A DNA stretch of 64,000 nucleotides from Patescibacteria group bacterium (GTDB lineage: Bacteria > Patescibacteriota > Patescibacteriia > Patescibacteriales > UBA12465). How positions within the stretch are numbered: position 1 is the first letter of the stretch; the number at the start of each line of letters is the position of its first letter. This document shows, piece by piece, positions 25,653 to 35,617 of the stretch. The stretch spans positions 939 to 64,938 of the forward strand of contig JBAYIC010000004.1 in NCBI GenBank assembly GCA_041665845.1. The letters are read 5' to 3'. The translations under genes and the position numbers were made by a program. The notes under the pieces are model-generated. The model saw only the letters and a list, made by a program, of their open reading frames with translations. It did no database searches and was not told the DNA's origin.

Positions 25653-25735
25653 TGGTCCAGGTGGGAATCGAACCCACATACCTTTTGGGCACAGCATTTT
25701 AAGTGCTGCGTGTATACCAGTTCCACCACTGGACC
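25653..25735 (-). tRNA. tRNA-Leu (anticodon TAA), long variable arm, CCA not encoded
   Basis: Acceptor GGTCCAG/CTGGACC, anticodon arm CAGCA-CTTAAAA-TGCTG, variable arm TGCCCAAAAGGTAT, T arm GTGGG-TTCGATT-CCCAC. Confidence 0.9.
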
Positions 25736-25772
25736 AGTGCTATTTTGTTTAACCAAAAACCTCAGTAATCTG

Positions 25773-26152
25773 TGGAGATGATGGGAGTTGAACCCATGTC
25801 CAATCGGTTTTTCTAAATACATTTACAAAGTTATCCCGATTTGTTTTGTTTAACTTGAGCTATCGTAAACCGGACAAAAGCAGTTCAAGCGATCTTCCTA
25901 TTGTTTTGATATAACTTGGAAAGCGCAAATTTTATCTATCTCCATTTTAATGACACCGGCTAGCGGGTATGGAGACTCGCCGTAGTCCGATGGCTTTAGC
26001 TATTAAGCTAAAACAGGAGCGTAACTTGGAGTTAACCAAGTAAACGCTGTTGCCTTTTTGGCATTTGTGTTTTTTTAGCCATTTTAACGCGATTAACTAA
26101 GCGCGCTTTGAATATTTAGAAAAGAATCCAACTGTCGATTCCTTGCATCCCC
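25773..26152 (-). ncRNA. ssrA: tmRNA (SsrA)
   Basis: 5' GGGGATGCAAGGAATCGACAG and 3' GGACATGGGTTCAACTCCCATCATCTCCA form a tRNA-like domain. A candidate tag frame ends ...TPSYAPVLA followed by TAA TAG. It lies directly downstream of smpB. Confidence 0.9.
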
Positions 26153-26161
26153 TAATCTAAT

Positions 26162-26623
26162 TTATCTACTTCTTTTTGTTAACGACCTCAGATTTCTTTC
26201 CACTTCCCGCTTCTTAATCGATTCTCTTTTATCGTATTTCTTCTTACCCCTTCCAACGGCGAACTCAAGCTTCAGAAAACTATGTTTAGTATATATTTTG
26301 AGAGGTATTAGTGTCAAGCCCTCTTCCTTTTTTTTCCCTAAAAGTCGGCTAATTTCCTTATAATTCAATAATAACTTCCTTTCGCGCGCCTTATCATAAT
26401 CAGGCATTGGCCCAGAATATTTATATGGTGGAATTTGGCAACCGATTAAAAATAGTTCAGTTTTCCCGTCAGTCGTACGAATACTAATATAACTCCCCTT
26501 AAGGCCCGCCTGCCCCGCCCTCACCGATTTAACTTCATAACCAAACAAAACTAGACCTGCTTCGTATTTATCGAGCAGCTCATAATCAAAGCTAGCTTTT
26601 TTGTTTATCGCCAAAGTCGGCAT
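26162..26623 (-). CDS. smpB: SsrA-binding protein SmpB
   Basis: INKKASFDYELLDKYEAGLVLFGYEVKS and a basic C-terminal tail. Adjacent to the tmRNA. Confidence 0.9.
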   Translation of the reverse strand: MPTLAINKKASFDYELLDKYEAGLVLFGYEVKSVRAGQAGLKGSYISIRTTDGKTELFLIGCQIPPYKYSGPMPDYDKARERKLLLNYKEISRLLGKKKEEGLTLIPLKIYTKHSFLKLEFAVGRGKKKYDKRESIKKREVERNLRSLTKRSR

Positions 26624-27902
26624 AATTCCATTCTTTTAATTTCGCTAATACTTTTTCGTTAGTTAAAATATTATTTAAATAAGTTGCATAATTTTTTTCA
26701 GCAATCATCTTTAAAACATCTTGATTGCTAGCATACTGTTTTTTTAATTCATCAATTTTTTCGTTTATCTCTTTTTCCGTCGGAGCGATTTTTTCAATCA
26801 AAGCAATCTCTCTAATTATTAGTGCAGCTTTAACACGCTTGATTGCATTAGGCATTAATTCCAACATTAATTCTTCCTGTGTTTTTTTAAGATGACTTAA
26901 ATAATCAGCAAATTTACCGCCCTGTTTTACAACCGATTGTTCAAGCTCCATCATTAAATTCTTAGATTCACTTTCAATAATAACATCAGGGAAATCACCA
27001 AATTTAGTCTTATCACTTATTTTAGCGATTAATTCTGATTCATTTTTTAAATCAATATTATGTGATTTCTCATGAAGCAAACTTTCTTCTAAATTTTTCT
27101 TGAGTTCTTCCATATCTTTTAGTCGGAAAAAGCTGGCAAACTCATCATTTAATTCTGGTAGCTCTCTTTCATAAACTTCCTTTACAACCGCTGTAAAATC
27201 AACCATTTTGCCAGCTAAGTTTTTCTGATGATGATCATCTGGGTATGGTAAAGAAAATTTTCTCTCTTCTCCCTTTTTCATGCCTAAAATATTTTTATCA
27301 AACCCCGGAACAAAATAATTCTTTCCCATCATGATTGCTAAATCATGATGATGGCCATCTTCTAAAGGAACCTTATCTAAAAACATGTGGACAGTTGCGA
27401 TTACTTTATCGCTACCCATTACTTCACGTTCAACAATTTTTTCACTCGCTCTCATTTCTCTTAAGTCATTAAGAGCCCTATCTAATTCCTTGGTTTCAAT
27501 TTTTGCTATTTCCGGTTTTAAATTAAGATTTTTGTATTCTCCAAGAGCAATTGTTGGAAGTAAGGAAACAACAACTTTGTATTCTAAAGGATTTCCAGGG
27601 GCAAGTTTAGTAATTGTGATATTTGGTTGCCCAACCGGTTGGCGCCCCATAGTTTCTTGATCGAGAATTTCATCGACTGTTTTAGTAATAGCAATATGAG
27701 CAGCTTCTTCTAGAATGGTCATTTCACCGATTTTTTGTTTTAAGACATCAAATGGAACTTTTCCAGGACGAAAACCTTCAATTTTAACTTTTTCAGAAAC
27801 TTTTTGCGCTCCTTTTTCAATATAAGGGGTAAATTCTTCAACACTTAACTCAATATTTAGCTCAATTTGTGATTTTTCCAAATCTTTTTTATTTACTTGC
27901 AT
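26592..27902 (-). CDS. tig: Trigger factor
   Basis: N-terminal ribosome-binding region with GFRPGKVP, a central PPIase-like segment and a C-terminal arm domain. Confidence 0.9.
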   Translation of the reverse strand: MQVNKKDLEKSQIELNIELSVEEFTPYIEKGAQKVSEKVKIEGFRPGKVPFDVLKQKIGEMTILEEAAHIAITKTVDEILDQETMGRQPVGQPNITITKLAPGNPLEYKVVVSLLPTIALGEYKNLNLKPEIAKIETKELDRALNDLREMRASEKIVEREVMGSDKVIATVHMFLDKVPLEDGHHHDLAIMMGKNYFVPGFDKNILGMKKGEERKFSLPYPDDHHQKNLAGKMVDFTAVVKEVYERELPELNDEFASFFRLKDMEELKKNLEESLLHEKSHNIDLKNESELIAKISDKTKFGDFPDVIIESESKNLMMELEQSVVKQGGKFADYLSHLKKTQEELMLELMPNAIKRVKAALIIREIALIEKIAPTEKEINEKIDELKKQYASNQDVLKMIAEKNYATYLNNILTNEKVLAKLKEWNYADFGDKQKS

Positions 27903-28084
27903 ATTTTCTTAATATTTAATAAGCGGACTCATCGGCCGCTTAAATAATTCGTTAACAAGCTTATTGTAGCAAATTTTAAGGAAAAATCAAGCAAGGGCCT
28001 AACTTCTTTAATTTGACTTTTTTAGCAATAAGCTGTGAAATATTAACATAATCAGAAGCCGGCTGGTCCGGTAAAAGGAGGATC

Positions 28085-28534
28085 ATGAATTTCTTTTATT
28101 TCTTTAACAAGATTAAAAAGCTCCCTTCTTTCGCACATGCTGCGATATTAGATTATTGGCCGGGAGCAGTTTTAACGGTATTGGGATTTTTTATCCCCTG
28201 GTTAATCAACCAGAGTTTACCGATGGCAATCCTTTCGGGAGCCTTTTGGCTCTATGTTTATATCGGTTACGCTGTAACCGATAACGCAGATGAAACAACA
28301 ACTGAAAAATTTTTAGTTGTTTCTTCTCGAATTGGAATAGTTATGGTGCTTATCTCAATTTTCGAGATCGCTCTAAAAAATGCTGGAGTCCACCAAGGAC
28401 TTTTAGCAACGGCTCTTGCATGGCCATTGCTAAGTATGGGGATAGTAATATTCTTGCTTTACCTGATAGGCAAAATAAGTATAGAGCTTTCCCACTACAC
28501 TCAAGCTATGGAAATGCTTGAAGATTACTACTAA
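28085..28534 (+). CDS. Hypothetical membrane protein (149 aa, about 4 TM)
   Basis: AGGAGG Shine-Dalgarno sequence directly upstream, hydrophobic helices, terminator at 28553-28585. Confidence 0.55.
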   Translation: MNFFYFFNKIKKLPSFAHAAILDYWPGAVLTVLGFFIPWLINQSLPMAILSGAFWLYVYIGYAVTDNADETTTEKFLVVSSRIGIVMVLISIFEIALKNAGVHQGLLATALAWPLLSMGIVIFLLYLIGKISIELSHYTQAMEMLEDYY

Positions 28535-28681
28535 ATAACCACATCGTACGCTGTAAAAAAGGCTTGGACAAAATCCAGGCCTTTTTAATTTAAAATTAAC
28601 TACTTTTGACTAATTTTGGTAGATAAGGTAATATCAATTGAAAAATTAAATAGCTGTTTAACAATATATAAAAAAATATCT

Positions 28682-28876
28682 ATGGACGAAACGGTAAAAC
28701 AAAGTTTCTTGACTGAATATCGATTGGCCATGAAACAATCAAACAGAAAAGCAGAAGTAGCAAAAGTATATGACAAATATAAAGACTTTACTACTCACTT
28801 AACTGTTGCTGAAGCCTTAAGTCTGGGGGTTGAAATGAACCTCTGGATAGAAACAGATAAAATAAAATTGCAATAA
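28682..28876 (+). CDS. Small hypothetical protein, tandem paralog A
   Basis: From the internal ATG, MDETVKQSFLTEYRLAMKQSNRKAEVAKVY aligns with paralog B MDQELKEKFLADFKLAMTKPNKEEEAKKVF. Confidence 0.45.
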   Translation: MDETVKQSFLTEYRLAMKQSNRKAEVAKVYDKYKDFTTHLTVAEALSLGVEMNLWIETDKIKLQ

Positions 28877-28905
28877 AGATGAAACTCTAAAAAAACAAGA
28901 ACAAA

Positions 28906-29190
28906 ATGGACCAAGAACTAAAAGAAAAATTTCTCGCTGATTTCAAATTAGCGATGACTAAACCGAACAAAGAGGAAGAGGCAAAAAAAGTTTTTACCAA
29001 ACATGCAAGTTTCTTCGAATCTCTACAAGAAGAAGATATTGTTCCCCTTGAAACTGAAATAAGTTTTTTGATCCCCACTTCCTACACAATTGTAGAAGTG
29101 AAAACAGAAACTTCGGGGGATGCAAGAAAATTTCCTTTTCATAAAATTGTTGCAGAAACTTCTATGCCGCACATTAAACTCCCAGTTTAA
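28906..29190 (+). CDS. Small hypothetical protein, tandem paralog B
   Basis: Homologous N-terminal half to 28682-28876. Terminator at 29224-29254. Confidence 0.5.
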   Translation: MDQELKEKFLADFKLAMTKPNKEEEAKKVFTKHASFFESLQEEDIVPLETEISFLIPTSYTIVEVKTETSGDARKFPFHKIVAETSMPHIKLPV

Positions 29191-29278
29191 ATATAATGAT
29201 TAATTTAAACTAGAACTGCTTACAAAAAGGCGCCCCACGGGACGCCTTTTTTTCTTATAAAAATTTCAACAATTTCTT

Positions 29279-31273
29279 TTATAACAACAAACCAACAATC
29301 AGAAGAGCAACAATATTTAGAACTTTAATCATCGGATTAATCGCTGGACCAGCCGTATCTTTATAAGGATCACCAACTGTATCGCCAGTAACCGCCGCTT
29401 TATGAGCATCGGAACCCTTACCGCCAAAATGACCGGATTCAATATATTTTTTAGCATTATCCCAAGCACCACCACCAGAGGTCATCGAAATTGCAACAAA
29501 TAAACCAGTTATAATAGAACCAACTAATAATCCGCCTAAAACTTCAAGACCGTGTGATCTAAAAGCAAAACCAACAATAATTGGAACAAGAACTGGAATT
29601 AAAGCAGGAACAATCATTTCACGGATTGCCGCTTTAGTAACGATATCAACAGTACGACCATAATCAGGCTTTTCGGTATTCAACATGATTCCTGGTTTTT
29701 CTTTGAACTGTGCTCTTACATCTTCAACTACTGAACCAGCAGTTTTTCCAACTGCTTTCATAGCCATCGCACCAAATAAATATGGAAGTAGTCCGCCGAT
29801 AAATAGACCGATTAAAACATAAGGATTATCAATTAAAAATTGAGCATTACCGCCACCGTCTTTAATCTTCTGAGTAAAGTCTGCAAATAAAACTAAAGCT
29901 GCTAAAGCTGCAGAACCAATTGCATAGCCTTTAGTAACCGCCTTGGTAGTATTTCCAACTGCATCTAAAGGATCGGTAATATTTCTTACATCATCTCCAA
30001 GCTCAGCCATTTCCGCAATCCCACCGGCGTTATCAGTAATAGGGCCATAAGCATCAATGGTAACAATAATACCAGCCATTGATAACATGGCCATCGCCGC
30101 AATCGCAATTCCATACAACCCTGCTAAAGAATAAGCACCTAGAATTGCTAAACAAATAACAATGATTGGAGCCGCGGTTGATTTCATAGAAACCGCTAAC
30201 CCAGCAATTACGTTAGTTCCATGACCAGTATTAGAGGCTTCAGCAATTGACTTAACTGGAGAAAAAGCAGTTGAAGTATAATATTCAGTAATAATTACGA
30301 GTAATCCGGTAACTGCTAAACCAATTAAACTAGATAAAAAGATATTTAAAAAGTTTTCCGTAATAAACATTTTAGTTACAAAGTAGAAGGCGATAGCTGA
30401 TAAAACACCAGAAACGGCCAATCCTTTGTATAATGCTCTCATGATATTTTGTTTCTTGCCTAATCTAATAAAGAAAATACCAATGATAGAGGCAATAATA
30501 GAAACCGCTCCTAAAACAAGGGGAAATAAAATAATATTTTCATCACCCTTGAAAGTTAGATGGCCTAAAACCATAGTCGCGATAGAAGTAACGGCATAAG
30601 TTTCAAATAAATCAGCCGCCATACCAGCACAATCGCCAACATTATCTCCGACATTATCAGCAATAACTGCCGGATTTCTTGGATCATCTTCTGGAATACT
30701 GGCCTCAACTTTACCGACTAAATCAGCGCCGACATCAGCTGCTTTCGTATAAATCCCGCCGCCAAGTCTAGCAAAAATAGAAATAAGTGAAGAGCCGAAA
30801 GCAAAGCCGATTAAAGCATTTAAATCTTTAGTAATGAAATAAAAACCAGCTGTTCCAAGAAGTGCTAAGCCGACAACAAGCATCCCAGTTACGCTTCCGC
30901 CACGAACAGCAACCGTTAAAGCTTTTTGTAAACCACCGCGAGCCGCTTCAGTTGTTCTTACATTAGCCCGAACGCTAACAAACATTCCGATATAACCGGT
31001 TAAAGCAGATAAAACAGCACCACTTAAAAAAGCAATCGCTGTTATCCAACCTAAAGCTGGGACAAATCCGACTATCAAAAATAAAACAGCGGCTACAACA
31101 GCAACCGATTTATATTGACGATTTAGAAATGCCTTAGCTCCTGCTTGAATAGCAGCAGCAATCTCTTTCATTTTATCGTTACCGGCTGGTAAACGAAGAA
31201 TAGAGGCAATAACAATCGCACCATATATAATAGCGACAATTGCTCCTCCAAGAATGAATAATGTTGTCATCAT
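29279..31273 (-). CDS. hppA: Membrane-bound proton/sodium-translocating pyrophosphatase
   Basis: 664 aa, multi-TM, with [19 protein letters not shown] and [14 protein letters not shown] motifs. Confidence 0.95.
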   Translation of the reverse strand: MMTTLFILGGAIVAIIYGAIVIASILRLPAGNDKMKEIAAAIQAGAKAFLNRQYKSVAVVAAVLFLIVGFVPALGWITAIAFLSGAVLSALTGYIGMFVSVRANVRTTEAARGGLQKALTVAVRGGSVTGMLVVGLALLGTAGFYFITKDLNALIGFAFGSSLISIFARLGGGIYTKAADVGADLVGKVEASIPEDDPRNPAVIADNVGDNVGDCAGMAADLFETYAVTSIATMVLGHLTFKGDENIILFPLVLGAVSIIASIIGIFFIRLGKKQNIMRALYKGLAVSGVLSAIAFYFVTKMFITENFLNIFLSSLIGLAVTGLLVIITEYYTSTAFSPVKSIAEASNTGHGTNVIAGLAVSMKSTAAPIIVICLAILGAYSLAGLYGIAIAAMAMLSMAGIIVTIDAYGPITDNAGGIAEMAELGDDVRNITDPLDAVGNTTKAVTKGYAIGSAALAALVLFADFTQKIKDGGGNAQFLIDNPYVLIGLFIGGLLPYLFGAMAMKAVGKTAGSVVEDVRAQFKEKPGIMLNTEKPDYGRTVDIVTKAAIREMIVPALIPVLVPIIVGFAFRSHGLEVLGGLLVGSIITGLFVAISMTSGGGAWDNAKKYIESGHFGGKGSDAHKAAVTGDTVGDPYKDTAGPAINPMIKVLNIVALLIVGLLL

Positions 31274-31297
31274 AATTTTATTATACTAAATTTAATT

Positions 31298-32611
31298 TTA
31301 TTCTTTTTTTGCAAGTGAATCATCAACTTTATTAACATCATCAACGTTAGCTGCTAACTCATTTTCAAATACTTCAGCAGAAGATTCTTCACCTTCTAGA
31401 GGAACGCCTTCTTCGTCACTGCTTAAAACTTTCTTTTCTCCTTCTTCCGTTGATTCAATAATATCTATTTTCCAACCGCATAAACGAGCAGCTAAACGGA
31501 CATTTTGGCCATTCTTACCAATTGCCAGCGATAATTTATCTGAACTAACTTTAACAATTGCTTTATGTTCCGCTTCATCAAGCTCAATACTAGAAACTTT
31601 AGCTGGAGCAAGCGCGTTAGCAATAAATTTTGATTGATTTTCACTATATTCAATAATATCAATTTTTTCTCCGCCAAGTTCGCTGATAATTGTTTGAATT
31701 CTTGAACCACGTTGTCCAACGCAAGAACCAACTGGATCAACATTTTCTGATTCGGTATAAATTGCGACTTTTGATCTAGAACCGGCTTCACGCGCAACGC
31801 TCTTGATTTCTACTGTTCCATTAGCAATTTCCGGTATTTCTAAATAGAAAATCTTTTTTAAAATTTCTTCACTGCGACGAGATAAAATAATCTCTGGGCC
31901 TTTATGTCCTTCTCTGACTTCCTTAATAAATACTTTAACACGATCGCCAATATTATAACTCTCATTATAAATCTGCTCTTCGGCCGGTAATAAGCCAATT
32001 GCTTTACCAAGATCAATAAAGACGAAACGACCTTCACGACGTTGAACAACGCCAGAAACAACTTCACGTTCTTTACCTTTAAACTCACCGAATATCATAT
32101 CTCTCTCCATTTCTCTAAGTTTTTGGATGATAACCTGTTTAGCGGTTTGAGCAGCCATGCGGCCATAACTTTCCGGAATCGGTAAATCCGTAATTATTTC
32201 TTCGCCAATCTGCGCATCATGTTTTAAAATTCCCGCTTCTTTAACTTGAATATCGGTCTTAGGATTAAATTTTTTCTTACCATCTTCAGCTGTTTCATCT
32301 TCATGCAAGAATTCCGGACGAAATTCTTGGCGAAATTCTTCTTTTCTTAGTTCTTTTTGATTGGGGTTATAAAGATTTTGTAACATTTCCGCTTCTTCTT
32401 CGGCTGGTAGATTATCAACTACGGTTTTTACATCAAAAATTTCCGATTTTCCCGTTACAGAATCGAATTTTACTCTAATATTTTGATTTCTTTCACCGTA
32501 ATCTTTGCGATAAGCAGCCGCTAAGGCTAGTTCAATTGCAGAAATAACAGAGGCAAAATCAAGGTTTTTTTCGTCACAAAGCTGCTTTATAGCATTGCTT
32601 ATGTCAGACAT
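31298..32611 (-). CDS. nusA: Transcription termination/antitermination factor NusA
   Basis: N-terminal domain, S1 domain (VSGVVQRREGRFVFIDLG), two KH domains (GSCVGQRGSRIQ, AIGKNGQNVRLA), acidic tail. Confidence 0.9.
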   Translation of the reverse strand: MSDISNAIKQLCDEKNLDFASVISAIELALAAAYRKDYGERNQNIRVKFDSVTGKSEIFDVKTVVDNLPAEEEAEMLQNLYNPNQKELRKEEFRQEFRPEFLHEDETAEDGKKKFNPKTDIQVKEAGILKHDAQIGEEIITDLPIPESYGRMAAQTAKQVIIQKLREMERDMIFGEFKGKEREVVSGVVQRREGRFVFIDLGKAIGLLPAEEQIYNESYNIGDRVKVFIKEVREGHKGPEIILSRRSEEILKKIFYLEIPEIANGTVEIKSVAREAGSRSKVAIYTESENVDPVGSCVGQRGSRIQTIISELGGEKIDIIEYSENQSKFIANALAPAKVSSIELDEAEHKAIVKVSSDKLSLAIGKNGQNVRLAARLCGWKIDIIESTEEGEKKVLSSDEEGVPLEGEESSAEVFENELAANVDDVNKVDDSLAKKE

Positions 32612-32742
32612 AATATTATATTTAAGATTTTAAGACAAAAAGCTAATTGCGGTAAACAACTAGCTTTCATTGATATGATAACATATTTAAGATTTTTGTC
32701 AAAACCTGAGCCTCTCTCTAACCAATAATAATTAAGTTTAAA

Positions 32743-33183
32743 TTACATGCCCCTTGTCGGATAATAAGTCGGATCAGCGGAATTTTGTACCGCCCTATTA
32801 GTCATTACAATCACATATCGAGTAATCATCCAGGAGGCCATAATAATAATCAGGCCGATAACAGCATTTCTTAAAAGTTTAACCGCCTCATCAGTTTTAT
32901 CCTTGTTCCCGGCTGAAGTCATATATTTAAAACCAGCGAAGACTACCAAAACCAAGAATATAATTGCTAAAAAGGTTAGAATAATCAAAACAAAATCGAT
33001 AATTAAGGATCTAACATCTTTCTGGGCTTTCTCACCGCCAAAAACGCGGCCAACATCGGTAAAGCCTTCCTGACCTTCTATTAAAGTATTATCCGCTCGA
33101 ACCGGAAGAGCTAAAAAAGAGGTCGAGAAGACCGTTAACAACAAAAAAATAAAAGAAAAAATTTGCTTTTTAGTTATTTCCAT
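32743..33183 (-). CDS. Small membrane protein, TrbC/VirB2-type pilin-like (tentative)
   Basis: From the internal ATG at 33183: signal-like helix, two TM helices flanking FKYMTSAGNKDKTDEAVKLLRNAVIG. The longer track ORF would overlap the divergent flippase gene. Confidence 0.4.
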   Translation of the reverse strand: MEITKKQIFSFIFLLLTVFSTSFLALPVRADNTLIEGQEGFTDVGRVFGGEKAQKDVRSLIIDFVLIILTFLAIIFLVLVVFAGFKYMTSAGNKDKTDEAVKLLRNAVIGLIIIMASWMITRYVIVMTNRAVQNSADPTYYPTRGM

Positions 33184-33246
33184 AATAATGTTATAATTAA
33201 GTTGGATATTTACATTATATATAAGAAAGAACCAAAATACAAGAAA

Positions 33247-34722
33247 ATGAGTCTTGCTAAAAAAATTGCCCATAATACGTTAATTCAAATAATTGGTAAA
33301 GTTATCTCTACTGTCCTAGGGCTTTTGTCTTTGGCGCTTATTACGCGTTACCTTGGCCAAGCTGGTTTTGGAGAATATACTACCATCATTACCTTTCTAA
33401 CTATTTTTGCCGTTATTGCTGATTTTGGCCTTACTCTAGTTACCGTCCAAATGATAGGCGGCGTTAAAGAAAAAGATAGGGAAAATAAAATTTTAAATAA
33501 TTTATTTGGCTTTCGTTTAGTATCTATTGTTTTTCTCTTGATTCTAGCTCCCCTGGTTTTAATCTTCATGCCTTATAGCGCGGCCATAAAAATCGGCGTA
33601 TTAATCACTACTATTTATTTTATTTTCCCGGCCTTAAGTCAAATCATAATTGGCCTCTTGCAGAAAAAATTAAGTATGGATAGGGCGGCTTTAGCTGAAG
33701 TTTTAAGTCGCATAGTTTTGATACTAGCTATTTTCATTGTTTGGTTCTATGATTTAGGACTAAACGGAATTTTAATTGCAACAATTGCTTCCGGCGCTTC
33801 AAGTTTTATCTTCCATTATCTTTTTGCTGTTAAATTTATCGCCTTAAAACCGGAATGGGATTTAACTCTTTGGAAAGAAATATTTAGTCGTTCTTGGCCA
33901 TTAGCGATTACTATCATCTTAAATTTAATCTATTTAAGAACTGATATTATTTTTTTATCATTGTTTAAGAGCGCGGGCGAGGTTGGTTTATATGGCGCCG
34001 CCTATAAAGTAGTCGATGTTTTAACAACGCTACCGTTTATGTTCGCTGGTTTAATCTTACCAATTTTAACAGCGGCCTGGATTGATAAAAAACCAGAATA
34101 TTTTAAGAATGTTCTTCAAAAATCTTTTGATTTTATGGCTATTATCGCTATCCCCCTAATTATCGGTGGTCAATTTTTAGCGGGGCCAGTAATGAAAGTA
34201 GTGGCTGGCTCAGAATTTGATAAATCAGGAATAATTCTCCAATTTTTAATTATTGCTGTCGCCGCTATCTTCTTAGGAACGATGTTTTCTCATGCCGTTA
34301 TTGCCTTAAATAAACAAAAGAAACTAATCGGCTTTTACGCTTTCACGAGCATCAGTTCTTTAATCGCTTATTTTATTTTAATTCCTAAATTTTCTTATTT
34401 TGGAGCGGCGGCTGTTACTATTTATAGTGAAACCTTAATTGCCTTCTTCTCGGCTTATTGCGTTTTTAAATATAGCCGGTTTTTCCCAAATTTAAGAACA
34501 ATTATGAAAGCTATTATTGCGAGTCTTGGCATGGGAATATTTTTATATTTCTATCCAGATAATCTACAGCTGAGCGCTTTCTCAATAATATTAACCATTA
34601 TTATCGCTGTGATTATTTATTTTATTTTACTCTGTTTAATTGGTGGCGTTAAATTAGAAGATTTAAAAGCGATCTCCAGAAAATCAAGCGGTAGCCAACC
34701 CTATAATTCAAGCAACTTATAA
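33247..34722 (+). CDS. Polysaccharide/lipid-linked oligosaccharide flippase (MOP superfamily, Wzx/MurJ-like)
   Basis: About 14 TM helices with the typical N-terminus AKKIAHNTLIQIIGKVISTVLGLL. ATG at 33247. Confidence 0.75.
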   Translation: MSLAKKIAHNTLIQIIGKVISTVLGLLSLALITRYLGQAGFGEYTTIITFLTIFAVIADFGLTLVTVQMIGGVKEKDRENKILNNLFGFRLVSIVFLLILAPLVLIFMPYSAAIKIGVLITTIYFIFPALSQIIIGLLQKKLSMDRAALAEVLSRIVLILAIFIVWFYDLGLNGILIATIASGASSFIFHYLFAVKFIALKPEWDLTLWKEIFSRSWPLAITIILNLIYLRTDIIFLSLFKSAGEVGLYGAAYKVVDVLTTLPFMFAGLILPILTAAWIDKKPEYFKNVLQKSFDFMAIIAIPLIIGGQFLAGPVMKVVAGSEFDKSGIILQFLIIAVAAIFLGTMFSHAVIALNKQKKLIGFYAFTSISSLIAYFILIPKFSYFGAAAVTIYSETLIAFFSAYCVFKYSRFFPNLRTIMKAIIASLGMGIFLYFYPDNLQLSAFSIILTIIIAVIIYFILLCLIGGVKLEDLKAISRKSSGSQPYNSSNL

Positions 34723-34730
34723 TAATTAAT

Positions 34731-35504
34731 ATGGATTCTATTTATAAAAATTTTCCGGAAATAATTTTTGAGGATGATGATTTCTTAGTAATAAACAAAC
34801 CGGCCGGTTTAGCCGTTCATCACGGCGGAAATATTGAAGGAGAAACTTTAACTGATCTCCTCGTTAAACGCTATCCAAAAATAATTGAAGTTGGCGACGA
34901 TAAGGAAAGGCCGGGTATTGTTCATCGTCTAGATAAAGATGTTAGTGGTCTAATGGTAGTTGCTAAAAATAATAAAAGCTTCGAGAATTTAAAAGAACAA
35001 TTTAAAAAGCGTGAAATCAACAAACAATATTTAGCTCTTGTTTATGGTAAGATTGAAAATGATGCTGGCGAAATTTGCTTTCCTATTAAACGTTCAAAGG
35101 ACGGCTATCGGATGGCCGCTATGCCGCTTAATGCTAGCGACTTATTGGTTCGCCGCAGTCCAAAATCACGAGATAAGGGCAATATCTCAGGATTATTTAA
35201 AGCTAAGGAAGCAATTACTAGCTTTAAAGTATTAAAAAGATTTGTTAATTATACTTATTTAGAAGTTAAAATAAAAACCGGACGTACTCATCAAATTAGG
35301 GTTCATTTTTTTGCCTATGGCCATCCTTTAGTCGGCGATACTTTATACTTCACCAGAAAGACTAAAGCAAAGAACGAGAAGCTTAATTTTGGACGAGTAT
35401 TCTTAATGGCAAGTCGTTTATCATTTTTTAACCAAGCCGGAGAAAAGAAAGATTTCACCATAAATTTAGCCCCGGAGTTAGAATCTTTTCTACCAAAATT
35501 TTAG
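34731..35504 (+). CDS. RluA-family pseudouridine synthase
   Basis: Catalytic motif HRLDKDVSGLMVVAKN and GRTHQIRVH. Confidence 0.9.
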   Translation: MDSIYKNFPEIIFEDDDFLVINKPAGLAVHHGGNIEGETLTDLLVKRYPKIIEVGDDKERPGIVHRLDKDVSGLMVVAKNNKSFENLKEQFKKREINKQYLALVYGKIENDAGEICFPIKRSKDGYRMAAMPLNASDLLVRRSPKSRDKGNISGLFKAKEAITSFKVLKRFVNYTYLEVKIKTGRTHQIRVHFFAYGHPLVGDTLYFTRKTKAKNEKLNFGRVFLMASRLSFFNQAGEKKDFTINLAPELESFLPKF

Positions 35505-35617
35505 AGTTAATCGCGAAATAAAAAATGCTTTGACGCGCTCGTTTAATTTTAGTATAATGGCAGCTATAAAGGTCTATAAATAAATATAAATAAAAAAATA
35601 ATAATTTTATAAAACTT

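Noticed and set aside
25572-25822. ORFs 25572-25781 (+) and 25637-25822 (-).
   Set aside because: They overlap tRNA-Leu and the 3' domain of the tmRNA. RNA genes explain the sequence.
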